A DNA stretch of 63,709 nucleotides, filler included, from Octopus bimaculoides (lineage: Eukaryota), in NCBI RefSeq assembly GCF_001194135.2. It is 4 parts of 4 records of this genome, joined end to end, with 100 filler letters (N's around TTAATTAATTAA, not from the genome) between each part and the next. Parts side by side here need not be neighbours in the genome. Positions count along the whole stretch, not along the records: positions 1 to 31,811 come from NC_068990.1; positions 31,912 to 48,900 come from NC_068991.1; 2 more parts are not named here. One strand, given 5' to 3'. Under the pieces are notes generated by a model, which worked only from the letters and a program-made list of their open reading frames with translations, was not told the origin of the DNA and searched no databases. Both the position numbers and the translations under genes were made by a program. Numbering within the stretch: the stretch's first letter is position 1; each line of letters opens with the position of its first letter. Shown piece by piece: positions 26,297 to 38,249 of the stretch.

Positions 26297-26339
26297 GACA
26301 CCTGAAGAAGGCTGGAGGGTATATCAGCCGAAATGTGTT
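26297..26339 (+). ncRNA. Hammerhead motif, defective copy
   Basis: GACAC-CUGAAGA-A-GGCUG(10 nt)CAGCC-GAAA-UGUGUU; lacks 3 nt (CGT) of stem III and the cleavage site relative to the left arm. Confidence 0.55.
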
Positions 26340-26777
26340 AACAACAAACAAGATGAAGACAAATATCTATCAAATGTAAATAATGTACATAATTCCTCAT
26401 CTCTTAAATATAGAACTGTATGAAAGGCAAAGTCAACCATGATGGAATATAAACACAGAACGTAAAGATAGATGCAATGCCACTAAGCATTTCACTTAAT
26501 GTGCTAACCATTCTGCTAGTTTGTCTTTTTTATCAAGATATTGATAGGACATTGTGTTTATCACTAAGCTGAAACATGAACAAATGACATACCAAGATTC
26601 AATAGAATTTCATTAAGTGCTTACCTTCGTTAGTAATCTCCACAAAAATTTAACACCGAGGGCATTAGTCCATGCAAAGGTCTAAAATGTCACAGACTGG
26701 TTGGAACAGTCTAAGAAAATACGGACAATAAATGACTGTGCTAAATTAAGATGTGCTTAATTAAAATAATTTCTGAC

Positions 26778-26843
26778 TTGTTTCTGTAAAACAAGTAACG
26801 AGTGGCATCTGTAAAACTGCATTCGGTAAAAGAGGCTGTTGAA
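26778..26843 (-). CDS. Candidate 66-nt exon (FNSLFYRMQFYRCHSLLVLQKQ if phase 0)
   Basis: Acceptor actatttatag|, weak donor CAA|gtcaga; all three frames open, so phase is undetermined. Confidence 0.3.
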
Positions 26844-27523
26844 CTATAAATAGTTCTTAACCATTGATATAANNNNNNNNNNNNNNNNNNNNNNNNNNNN
26901 NNNNNNNNNNNNNNNNNNNNNNNNNNNNNNNNNNNNNNNNNNNNNNNNNNNNNNNNNNNNNNNNNNNNNNNNNNNNNNNNNNNNNNNNNNNNNNNNNNNN
27001 NNNNNNNNNNNNNNNNNNNNNNNNNNNNNNNNNNNNNNNNNNNNNNNNNNNNNNNNNNNNNNNNNNNNNNNNNNNNNNNNNNNNNNNNNNNNNNNNNNNN
27101 NNNNNNNNNNNNNNNNNNNNNNNNNNNNNNNNNNNNNNNNNNNNNNNNNNNNNNNNNNNNNNNNNNNNNNNNNNNNNNNNNNNNNNNNNNNNNNNNNNNN
27201 NNNNNNNNNNNNNNNNNNNNNNNNNNNNNNNNNNNNNNNNNNNNNNNNNNNNNNNNNNNNNNNNNNNNNNNNNNNNNNNNNNNNNNNNNNNNNNNNNNNN
27301 NNNNNNNNNNNNNNNNNNNNNNNNNNNNNNNNNNNNNNNNNNNNNNNNNNNNNNNNNNNNNNNNNNNNNNNNNNNNNNNNNNNNNNNNNNNNNNNNNNNN
27401 NNNNNNNNNNNNNNNNNNNNNNNNNNNNNNNNNNNNNNNNNNNNNNNNNNNNNNNNNNNNNNNNNNNNNNNNNNNNNNNNNNNNNNNNNNNNNNNNNNNN
27501 NNNNNNNNNNNNNNNNNNNNNNN

Positions 27524-27560
<37 letters not shown>

Positions 27561-27697
27561 ATGTGTGTGCGTGTGTGTGTGTGTGTGCGTGTGTATGTGT
27601 ATATATATATGTGTGCACACACACACACACATTTACACATATGCATATATACCCACATATATACACATATGGTTTCCTGGTGACCCCTGAAACTTAC

Positions 27698-27746
27698 TGG
27701 CATCTGGTATGCAGAGCTTTCAATTGGCAGCGCTTGTATAAGCAAG
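27698..27746 (-). CDS. Candidate 49-nt exon (LLIQALPIESSAYQMP or CLYKRCQLKALHTRC)
   Basis: Consensus donor CCA|gtaagt, weak acceptor gtcaaacag|; identical copy at 28192-28240, probably an assembly duplicate. Confidence 0.4.
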
Positions 27747-27755
27747 CTGTTTGAC

Positions 27756-27791
<36 letters not shown>

Positions 27792-28007
27792 NNNNNNNNN
27801 NATATATATGTATATATATATGTGTGTATGTGTGTGTGCATATATATGTATATATACATATGTATATATGTGTGTGTGTATATATATATAAAATTTAGTT
27901 GACCTCTGAACAGATGGTGGTATGTTGATGTTGATGCAACATTGGTTTATATATATGTGTGTATGTATGTATGTGTGCAATAAGCATATCTATGAAATTA
28001 TTATATA

Positions 28008-28054
<47 letters not shown>

Positions 28055-28249
28055 ATGTGTGTGCGTGTGTGTGTGTGTGTGCGTGTGTATGTGTATATAT
28101 ATATGTGTGCACACACACACACACATTTACACATATGCATATATACCCACATATATACACATATGGTTTCCTGGTGACCCCTGAAACTTACTGGCATCTG
28201 GTATGCAGAGCTTTCAATTGGCAGCGCTTGTATAAGCAAGCTGTTTGAC

Positions 28250-28288
<39 letters not shown>

Positions 28289-28306
28289 ATACACACACAC
28301 TCTTAC

Positions 28307-28433
28307 TGACACAGTTCCAGTGAAGAGAATGCAATAACCAGTGCAGATAAGGAAACGGTGAAAGAATATTGGAAGTAAAAGTGAGGCGTTGTTTAATGGT
28401 AAGACCACAAGACATGGTTTGTATCGGAATATT
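28307..28433 (-). CDS. Candidate 127-nt exon (NIPIQTMSCGLTIKQRLTFTSNILSPFPYLHWLLHSLHWNCV in one frame)
   Basis: Donor TCA|gtaaga, weak acceptor aacatag|; would leave a 66-nt intron before 28240. Confidence 0.25.
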
Positions 28434-28726
28434 CTATGTTCTTTAGTACACAAGACTTTTACAATCAGAAGGATTGTCCTCAACAATCTCATCTGGCGCC
28501 ATCTTCATACAAAGTGACTGTAAACATAAGCGGAGCATTGATACAATAGGTTTAATATTGTTGCTGTTGCTGTTTAGCTTTAGGTTAGTGCTGATCAAAC
28601 AGACCGATAACGAAAGGCAGCCATTCCCCATCTCAAACCATCCCTCCCCCCATACACGTTTGTGACATCTACCCAGCCACAGTTCTTGTTCTTATGTCTC
28701 CATCCACTTCTATTCCCCTTCTGGTA

Positions 28727-29055
28727 CCTTGAGGGCCCACCCTGATTTAAATCATAACTTCCATCAAAATTCAATGCTAATTCATGTTCCAAACATTATC
28801 TTAATAATGACAGATATTTTACAAAATCTTTCTTCATTTTCAAAATAAATTAGAACAAAGGCAATGTATTTCAACAGAAACACAGTGACAAAAGGGTGAA
28901 AATAATTCGAACCAAAACCTTTCATCAGAATTTCTTGTGTTCCAAACACAAGCTTAATAACGACACAATTATTTTACAAAATTCTTCATTATTTTCAAAA
29001 TAACTTGAAACAAAGGCAGTGAATCTCAAAAGAAATATGGTAACAAAAGGATTAA
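28727..29055. mobile_element. piggyBac-like MITE, family 2, second copy
   Basis: Same duplicated internal unit; ends GGTAACAAAAGGA-TTAA. Confidence 0.55.
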
Positions 29056-29599
29056 AGACATTCAAAACAAAAAAAATCTTTACTAAGATTAAAACACTAA
29101 TAAGATATTTTGTTATCAGTAAGTTGAAACATAAACTAATGATGTACCAAAATCTAATATATTTTCATTCTATAAATACTCACCACTATTTTGCATCTCC
29201 ACTATTTCATATCTCTTTCCAGTTCCATCCTGGTTACTTCTCACCCTCTCTTCTATCATGTGAGGTAGCCATGTCATTCCTCTCCAGCAAGAACCCTATT
29301 TCTTCTGGCCTAAACTCTCACATCCTAACACAATTCCACCCCAACCCTCTCTACTCTGCCTCCATTTGATTAAAAGGGATCTTCGTCTTGCAAGCTGCAT
29401 GGTATCCTCACCAGTGCCAGTGCCATGAAAGAGAAGAAGCACTCAATACAAGAAATTTTGAGGGAATGTTTTAATTTGGGTTACTTTAAAACAGGAATTT
29501 TATAGCACAGAACCAGGGATGGTCTCTGGTAGGTTGGCATCAAAAGGGTCAAATCACGTCTTACCATCACTGGTTGATGCTGTCTGGGATTTACTGGGA

Positions 29600-29985
29600 A
29601 TAAATACAAAAATGAGAGGATGGTCATGGCTGAGATGCCTTTGAAGATAAGTTTTCTCAACCCTTTTCTGACCATATTTCTGATGGAGGAAGCAGGTTAA
29701 GGAGTGGGGTCGACACTTTTGAGAGAGCATGTATTCTGCATGAAGAACTTAAGCCTTCTGCTTGAAAGTGCATGGCTCGTATAGTGAATGGGGAAAGCTT
29801 GGTCTGCAATGTTTGCAGTCGTGTATGCTTATCAAGAGCAGGGCTCATTAGCCATCAATGGAGCTGCAAATGCAAAATATAAGTTAGTCCTAGAGTGCAC
29901 AATGTCCCTGAAGGTCAGTAATGGTCTTCCTTGATCACAAGTGGATGGCCATTGTCATGTATGTACATATGTATGTCTGTATATA
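29600..29985 (+). pseudogene. Decayed RTE-type LINE 3' end
   Basis: SLVCNVCSRVCLSRAGLISHQWSC at ~29797-29868 matches the C-terminal CxxC...HxxxC finger of RTE/BovB-type ORFs. Confidence 0.55.
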
Positions 29986-30442
29986 TGTATGTATGTATGT
30001 ATACAAATGCATATGTACATATAGGTATATTTACACACACACACACACACACAAACTAATACACATGCATATATATATGAAGATACATATAATTATACAT
30101 ACACATATGTATATCTACGGTGGCTATATAAATGAACAGCTAGATTAAAGGAAAGCCACAATGAAAAGATGGATATAAAAGAAGACTAGATGAATGAATC
30201 AAAATTAGATTGCAGAAGTAATGGAGAAGATTGATGACGGTGGAGGTGATGACAACGAAGATGATGATGATGGTGGTGGTGGTGATAATGGTGATGACGA
30301 TAATATGCTGACAACTGCTGAAATGTAAATGATGACATTATTTCTGATTTCTACAAAAGGAGCTAATGGATAAAAGTTGAGATGATGATGAGGATGATGA
30401 TAATGATGATACAACCAATGATGACACACATATACATACATA

Positions 30443-30488
<46 letters not shown>

Positions 30489-30958
30489 ATATTCTTTTCT
30501 TTTATTTGTTCCAGTTACTAGACTGCGACCATGCTGGGGCATTGCCTTGAAGAATTTTCAGCTGGATAAATAAACCTCAATACTTATGGTTCTTTTAGGT
30601 CTGGGACTTATTCTATAAGTCTGTTTTGGTGAACTGCTAAGTTATTGGGACATAAGCACATCAGCACCAGTTCTTAAATGGTGGTGGGAGACACACACAC
30701 ACACACACACACACATAATAATCAGGCAACAATCTGGTAGCTCTGTGTTGGCAAGACTTGAAAAAATACAGAAAAAATTGAAAGGGGAACCATGAGTTTG
30801 CCATGAGGAGTGGAATATTCACCGTTTCAGATTCAATCTGAGAGGATGTAAACTCTCTTTGACATTTTCTCTTCTCTTTTTCTTCGCCCCCTGACAAAGG
30901 ATTGAACCTTAAATGTTGGATATTCAAGTTCACTGTACCCATTTCACTTTATTCTATC

Positions 30959-31255
30959 GCGCTTCAGGACCAGGTACTGCAACAGCCTAGGTTTCAGGGA
31001 CCCGCAACTTTTTAATATTCTCCCAAAGAGCCTGAGGGACCTACACAAAGTGGATGTGGGTGTTTTCAAATCAAAACTGGATCTCTTCCTGTCTAGAGTT
31101 CCAGATGAACGTATCTCGCGGCAGGAGGCGCAAATGAGGGTAGCGACATCAATCTCCCTTATTCACCAAATGCCACATATCAGAGGAGGCTCTCAATAAT
31201 AACAGTGTATCAAAACGGCAGTGCCCCAGCATGGTCACAGTTTTGAGCTGAAACT

Positions 31256-31259
<4 letters not shown>
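30959..31259 (+). pseudogene. CR1/L2-clade LINE 3' end with 3' UTR
   Basis: Open frame RFRTRYCNSLGFRDPQLFNILPKSLRDLHKVDVGVFKSKLDLFLSRVPDE...GGSQ* (stop 31197-31199), typical LFNxLP...FKxKLDxFL C-terminus. Confidence 0.75.
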
Positions 31260-31305
<46 letters not shown>

Positions 31306-31811
31306 TATAACGCACACAAACACACATGTAATATTCAGAGACACACACACATATTATATATACACATATACACAAACATATTTGCAAATAGGTTCATATA
31401 TACATATACATTCATATCGACATACACATGCATGTACATACACACTCACACACACACACATATATGCATTGTTATAAGTACATATGTTCACATACATATC
31501 ATATTATTAAGTATTCCCATACATTTATACACAGTATCACACACATATATATATATACACACACATATACATAAATATATAGATATATATCCATTTGGTT
31601 GCTAAGCAACAAAGGAAACCTCTCATAAATGAATGAAATCTCAAGCTGTATCTCTGATGATGTCAGTGACAGATTCTTGATTGACTGGTGATTAAAGATT
31701 GGCGGAAAATCATTAGAATTATCATACTTTATAATATTGCCAAAGTCATTATGCGAGAAGGTGTATGTGTTGTGTGTGTGTTCATGTATATATATATATA
31801 TATATATATAT

Positions 31812-31911
31812 NNNNNNNNNNNNNNNNNNNNNNNNNNNNNNNNNNNNNNNNNNNNTTAATTAATTAANNNNNNNNNNNNNNNNNNNNNNNNNNNNNNNNN
31901 NNNNNNNNNNN
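31812..31911. other. Artificial scaffold linker N44-TTAATTAATTAA-N44
   Basis: Exactly 100 bp; six-frame-stop 12-mer at 31856-31867. Confidence 0.95.
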
Positions 31912-32142
31912 CCAATTAGACCGACATTGCATGTCACATGTAAGAAGTCGAAATGATCGCAGAGCAAATGGAAATGCTCGAGAACACAACGCACCGCCCG
32001 ACACAAGAACTGAAATCACGATCTTAAGCTCATGAATGCAAATGCTTAACCACTCGGCCATTTTGTAAAGAATCAAAAAATGGTTGGGATCTGAAAAATG
32101 CTAGTCGTTGGGATTTGGTGCTTGCTATCCAAAATATGGTGA

Positions 32143-32465
32143 AGATGCGTGGCTTAGTGGTTAGGGCATTCGCCTCACGATCGTAAAGTCGTGAGTTCAA
32201 TTCCCAGCGACGCGTTCTGTCCTTGTGCAAGACACTTTATAGCACGTTGCTCCAGTCCACTCAGCTGACAAAAATGAGTAGTACCTGTATTTCAGAGGGC
32301 CAGCCTTGTCACACTCAGTGTCACGCTGAATCTCCCTGAGAGCTACGAGAAGGGTACACGTGTCTGTGGAGTGCTCAGCCACTTGTACGTTAATTTCACG
32401 AGCAAGATGTTCCGTTGATCGTATCAGTTGGGATCCACGTCGTCGTAACCGACGGAGTGCTCTCT
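32143..32465 (+). mobile_element. SINE family D
   Basis: TGGCTTAGTGGTTAG, GAGTTCAATTCC, GCAAGACACTTTAT..CACGTTGCTCCAGTCCACTCAGCTG. Confidence 0.85.
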
Positions 32466-32639
32466 TTTTTATCCAAAATATGAAAACACCATCGTATAAG
32501 TAGCACTCAGCTGAAGCCCTCACAATTTCTCAAATTGTCGACTCTCACTATGACAGAGGACCTCTTCTGGAGAAAGTACATCCTTAAAATAGCTAGAACT
32601 GCAGCCCAATGGTTATCATTATTTTCAGCCCCCAATATA

Positions 32640-32885
32640 TATTCATATTCTACAAAATTCAGGTGAAACCCTCAATGTATACTGCACTCACATTTTCTGT
32701 AATAGCCTCTGCTCCTTTCAGATTGTTGTACTCACTTAGACATTCCCATCTCACTCATCACTTTTGCTGTGTCCAACCCCACCAGGCCCACAGTAATCAC
32801 AACACTTTAGCCTTTTTTCCCAGAACGTTGGTGCTTTGGAATTCCCTACCTGTCAGTAGTCATAGAAAGAGTCAAGAGGCACATT
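32640..32885 (+). pseudogene. Decayed LINE (L2/CR1-group) C-terminal fragment
   Basis: HNTLAFFPRTLVLWNSLP matches the SFFPRTxxxWNSLP motif at the end of L2/CR1-group ORF2. Confidence 0.55.
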
Positions 32886-32981
32886 AATGGCACGTCTGGA
32901 TTAAGACGTCCTGCGAAGGCCATGGGCATTATTCCTCCCTCCAGACTCAGCAAGTAAAAGAAAGGACAAAAAAAGAGAGAG

Positions 32982-33053
<72 letters not shown>

Positions 33054-34374
33054 NNNNNNNNNNNNNNNNNNNNNNNNNNNNNNNNNNNNNNNNNNNNNNN
33101 NNNNNNNNNNNNNNNNNNNNNNNNNNNNNNNNNNNNNNNNNNNNNNNNNNNNNNNNNNNNNNNNNNNNNNNNNNNNNNNNNNNNNNNNNNNNNNNNNNNN
33201 NNNNNNNNNNNNNNNNNNNNAGAGAGAGAGAGAGAGATACACAGAAAGAAAAAGGAAAACTTATGAAATAAAAGAACGAGATAAGGGAAACAGAAAGATA
33301 CGGAAAAAATACGTAACGTAGATATAAAAAGTGAATAAAATATCGAAAGAAAGAAAACGAAAGAACAACAACAAAAACTTCATTGGAAAAGAATGGGTAG
33401 AGGGGAAAAAACTAACAGAAATAAATAATATAAAGAGAAAGCAAAACGATGAGAAGGAAAAAGAAAAAAGAAACGTTGGAAAGAAAAAATGAGAAAGTAA
33501 AAGGAAAACTATAAAAAAAAGACAGATATTAATAAAGAAAGATTGGCGGAAGAAATCAGGTTCTTCTCCGACGAAACTTTCCACGGGACCGTAAGCAATT
33601 ATAACCAAGGAGTCCACTCGTCCGTAGCAACTTCAAAAGCACTGCAACTCATCCGTTACAAACAACAACAAAATCTTACATACGGAGAGAAACAAAATCA
33701 ACCTAGCATTCAGTAAGGTCGTAACTTGCGCAGTGAAGGGATTCTACTCTCAAATCAACAAACACAAAGACAACGAATTCCATAGCATCAAAATAACTTA
33801 TTCAACAACCTTGTTTGTTGCGTAACACCGACAGAGTAAATCCAATAAATCATATAACCAAAATTGATAAAACTATGAGTCATGTCTCCTAAAACCACCA
33901 ATGCATGACTGCCTGTATCACGCACCAGGTTGCTATGATCGGAAAAAAATAGCAGTGCCTTTTCACGCGTTGACCCTCACAGAAAATTCATTCGCCAGAC
34001 CATTTTGTAACCGTTGAAAGTACTGTAATTTATGCTTAACTGGAAAATTATATAATATACCATGCTACGCTGATAATGAGCAAACGAGAAGAGCAGAACT
34101 GATGTCAACTTGTAGGCACAATTTGAAATTCATGCTCACATATGTTTCAATAACGTTATATTATCATGACATGCAAGCCGAAGCTAGCTAAAGATAACTG
34201 TGTCGTGACGAAAGTAAAGTAAACTTACGTGAAAGCACGATACGAAATTAATAAGTTACACTAAACGTGAAGGGAACAAATTGTTACAGAAGAGAGACAT
34301 ACATACATACATACATACATACATACATACATACATACATGGATGCATGCATACATACATACATACATACATAC

Positions 34375-34407
<33 letters not shown>

Positions 34408-35139
34408 GAAAGAAAGAAAGAAAGAAAGAATGAAAGAAAGAAAGGAAAATGAGGGAATGGGAACGATAAAATGGAAGAAAAAGAATTGATGGATAAAAGA
34501 AAGAATGAGCCAATGAATGGTGTAATTTATGAAAGAAATATAAGACAGAAAAACAAAACATCAAACCAAAGAATTACTGAAGAAAAACTTTAATGAATTA
34601 ATGAAAATCAATAAAAGAATGATTGAATAATCTAGGAAAATGAGAAAGATCGAACTAAAGGAATAATGAATGAAGCAAAAAGAAGTACCATAAAAATTTA
34701 GTAAAATGTGTAAGAAATGGAACAATATACGATAAATAGACGGCGTGGAATTTAGAATCAGAGAAAGATTGTAAAATAGATAAAAGAAATGAACAAAATA
34801 AAAGAACGAGGTAACAATGTTAAAAGCGAATAAAAGACAGGAACAGTAACGGAAAGTAACGAAAGGTAGCGAAAAGAAATGTGAAGGGGGAAAAATTACA
34901 AGCAAAATCAAAAGTGAATCTGAACTAACAAATGAAAGTATTGAGTCACATCCCGTGTAAAAAAAAACGTTCCTCTTTCATTTTCCTCATTCAGACTCTT
35001 TCTGTCTCTACTCACTCTTTCTCTCTCTCTCTCTCTCTCNNNNNNNNNNNNNNNNNNNNNNNNNNNNNNNNNNNNNNNNNNNNNNNNNNNNNNNNNNNNN
35101 NNNNNNNNNNNNNNNNNNNNNNNNNNNNNNNNNNNNNNN

Positions 35140-35177
<38 letters not shown>

Positions 35178-35728
35178 CGCACACACAGGGGTATACATAG
35201 GCAGAATGAGGAGGTGGAGGACGACGATGAGAACGAAGCGGGAGAGAGAGGGAAGAGAGATTGATAGTATGAACATGGAATGAAGTTGGGAGTTCGTAGT
35301 GGAGAACAAAGCAGCAACAAAAAAAAATCATGGCGGTTTGGTCAAGTTAGTGAAAAAAAGACACAGATGCAGATGCACACATGCAAACAAAGAAAACAAT
35401 AGGGTGAAAAGATAGGGGAGAGAGGGTGAATAAACTAGATAGGCCTGTCTGCTACGAGAAATCACATTCCAATCTCCTTAAAACAATGCTCGAAATCCAT
35501 AGGAATTCTGGTGGAAGAGATTGCATGGGAGACAAGTGTACGTACATACATACATACAAATATGCATTCATGCATGCAAACAGACATACGTACATGCACT
35601 CACATATATATACACACATACTTGCATACACACACATACACACACACATACACGAACTATGATGAATGGATAGATAGATAGATAGGTAGATAGATAGATA
35701 GATAGGTAGATAGATAGANNNNNNNNNN

Positions 35729-35769
<41 letters not shown>

Positions 35770-36197
35770 ATCGGACCAAAGAGATTATCTGAGATTTCGT
35801 TCTCAATTAAAGGGTCGAACTTTAAACTTCTGATTTACCTTCTCCTTTTCTGAAACAAACAAGAAAGAACAAAGCAGTTCTTCCTTTACCATTTTTTTTT
35901 TCCTTTTTTGTTCCTTTTCCTCCCTACCCCTTTTTCTTTCGTGAATGCTGGTTCATTAGGTAATAACCTGTCTCTAAAGTATATTTAATCACACCAACAT
36001 CGACGCTTCCTTCACCTCAACCCTTCTCATAGCAAAGCCGAACAGTTATCAAACGGCATAACTCTTTCGATCTCTTTGTCTCTCTATATCAGACTCTCTG
36101 TTTCTCCCTCTCTTTCTGTCTTTCTTCCACTCTCCCTCTCTCTCTCACGTATACACACACGCACGCATACAAGCATTTTATATATGTAATATGTATC

Positions 36198-36251
<54 letters not shown>

Positions 36252-36749
36252 CACAANNNNNNNNNNNNNNNNNNNNNNNNNNNNNNNNNNNNNNNNNNNN
36301 NNNNNNNNNNNNNNNNNNNNNNNNNNNNNNNNNNNNNNNNNNNNNNNNNNNNNNNNNNNNNNNNNNNNNNNNNNNNNNNNNNNNNNNNNNNNNNNNNNNN
36401 NNNNNNNNNNNNNNNNNNNNNNNNNNNNNNNNNNNNNNNNNNNNNNNNNNNNNNNNNNNNNNNNNNNNNNNNNNNNNNNNNNNNNNNNNNNNNNNNNNNN
36501 NNNNNNNNNNNNNNNNNNNNNNNNNNNNNNNNNNNNNNNNNNNNNNNNNNNNNNNNNNNNNNNNNNNNNNNNNNNNNNNNNNNNNNNNNNNNNNNNNNNN
36601 NNNNNNNNNNNNNNNNNNNNNNNNNNNNNNNNNNNNNNNNNNNNNNNNNNNNNNNNNNNNNNNNNNNNNNNNNNNNNNNNNAGAGAGAGAGAGATATATA
36701 GATAAAACTTACTTATCCACATTATATTATATATATATATATATATCTA

Positions 36750-36806
<57 letters not shown>

Positions 36807-37273
36807 CACAAATACATACACTCACATACAGTCACACATAACACACTCATACACGACAATGCACGCGCGCGCATTAACATAGACACTGTCCCCCCATGAC
36901 TAGTATGTCGTTATACTCTCCCTTTCTCTCTCTCCCTCTTTCTCGCTCTCTCTACCATTTTTCTCTGGCTGCCCCAGGGCGTGAATGGAATGGTCACTCA
37001 CAAGAAATAGCCAAGTCTTTTGATATAGTGTTGACTAATCGCTGTTATTTGTAATAATGCTTTGTCGCTATCGCCACCAATAGGTTGAGATGAAAAGAGG
37101 GGGAGGAGGGGGGAAAAGGTTCGAAGACAATGCATGTGTAGGAAGAGAAGGAGGAAGAAGAGGATGGGAGGAAGAAGACGAAGATGGGAGGAAGAAGGGG
37201 ATGCGGAGAATGCGGGGCAGGAGTTTGAGAGTGTGGAGAGAAAGGTGGAAGAAAATGAAAGGATAATGATGTG

Positions 37274-37332
<59 letters not shown>

Positions 37333-37846
37333 ATAGTAGTAGTAGCAGCAGCAGCAACAGCAGCATCAGCAACAGTAGCAACAGCAGTAGTAGTAGTAGT
37401 AGTAGTAGCAGCAGCAGCAGCAACAGCAGCAACAGCAGTAGTAGTAGAAGAAGAAGAAGAAGAAGAAGAAGAAGAAGAAGAATGGTACGAGGCCTTGGAA
37501 TTTTGGGGGAGAGGATAAAGGGTCAACTGGTACCTATTTTATCGACTCCGAAAGGCACAGGCGACCTAGGAAGAATCTGAATTCTAAACGTTAAGCCAGA
37601 CGAAATGCCGTTAAGCATTTCGAATTATTTCTCTAATCTAATTTTTGCTTCATTCATTCAAATTAACTAAGTCATAAATGTTTCCTACTCTTTTTGGTAT
37701 TTGTCTAATTGTCCTTTCTGTAAGTGATAATGTATAACAACTGATGTGCTGATGACGTCTATTGAGGTAGAATGTCGTGTCCACAGCTGTTCTCTTGCCT
37801 CCTGATAATCAACCCGTCTTTTGTAAATTTTGGAGAATTCTTGATT

Positions 37847-38249
37847 ATCTTTTATCTTTTACCCGTTTCAATCATTAGATTGCGGCCATGCTGGGGCACC
37901 GCCTTGAAGAAATTTTCGTCGAATGAATCGACCCCAGTACTTTTTGATACTTATTCTATCAATCTCTTTGGCCGAACCTTTAAGTTATGGGGACATAAAC
38001 AAACCAGCATCGGTCTTCAAACAGTTGCGGAGGACAGACACAGACACAAAGATACACACACAAGGATATATCTATATATATAGATATATCCTTCACTTTC
38101 TTTTAGTTTCCGTCAAACAAGTCCACTCACAAAGCTTTGGTTGGACCGAGGCTATAGCAGAAAACACTTACTTGCCCAAGGTGTCACGCAGTGGGACTGA
38201 ACTTGGTACCATGTGGTTGGGAAGCAAACCTCTTACCACATGACCACGC
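37847..38249 (-). mobile_element. SINE family A
   Basis: Full head-to-tail reverse complement of the type copy. Confidence 0.85.

Larger units (their letters stand above)
25932..26420. mobile_element. Palindromic element: two head-to-head tRNA-type heads, each followed by a hammerhead motif
   Basis: Arms 25932-26150 and 26151-26367 are reverse complements; A/B boxes at 26132-26142/26088-26097 (-) and 26151-26161/26196-26205 (+); unpaired extension to 26420. Confidence 0.8.

Noticed and set aside
27524-28285. Apparent tandem duplication of an exon-bearing ~260-bp block (mutually exclusive exons?)
   Set aside because: The copies are identical and the first is flanked by N gaps on both sides; most likely an assembly duplicate.
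31648-31682. CUGAUGA followed by a UGUC/GACA hairpin
   Set aside because: GAAA is replaced by GAUU and stems I and III cannot be formed.
36998-37580. Poly-Leu/Ser/Thr ORFs on both strands and a possible 66-nt minus exon (DKALLQITAISQHYIKRLGYFL)
   Set aside because: Driven by trinucleotide repeats; the exon has a good donor but a poor acceptor and no partner exons were found.
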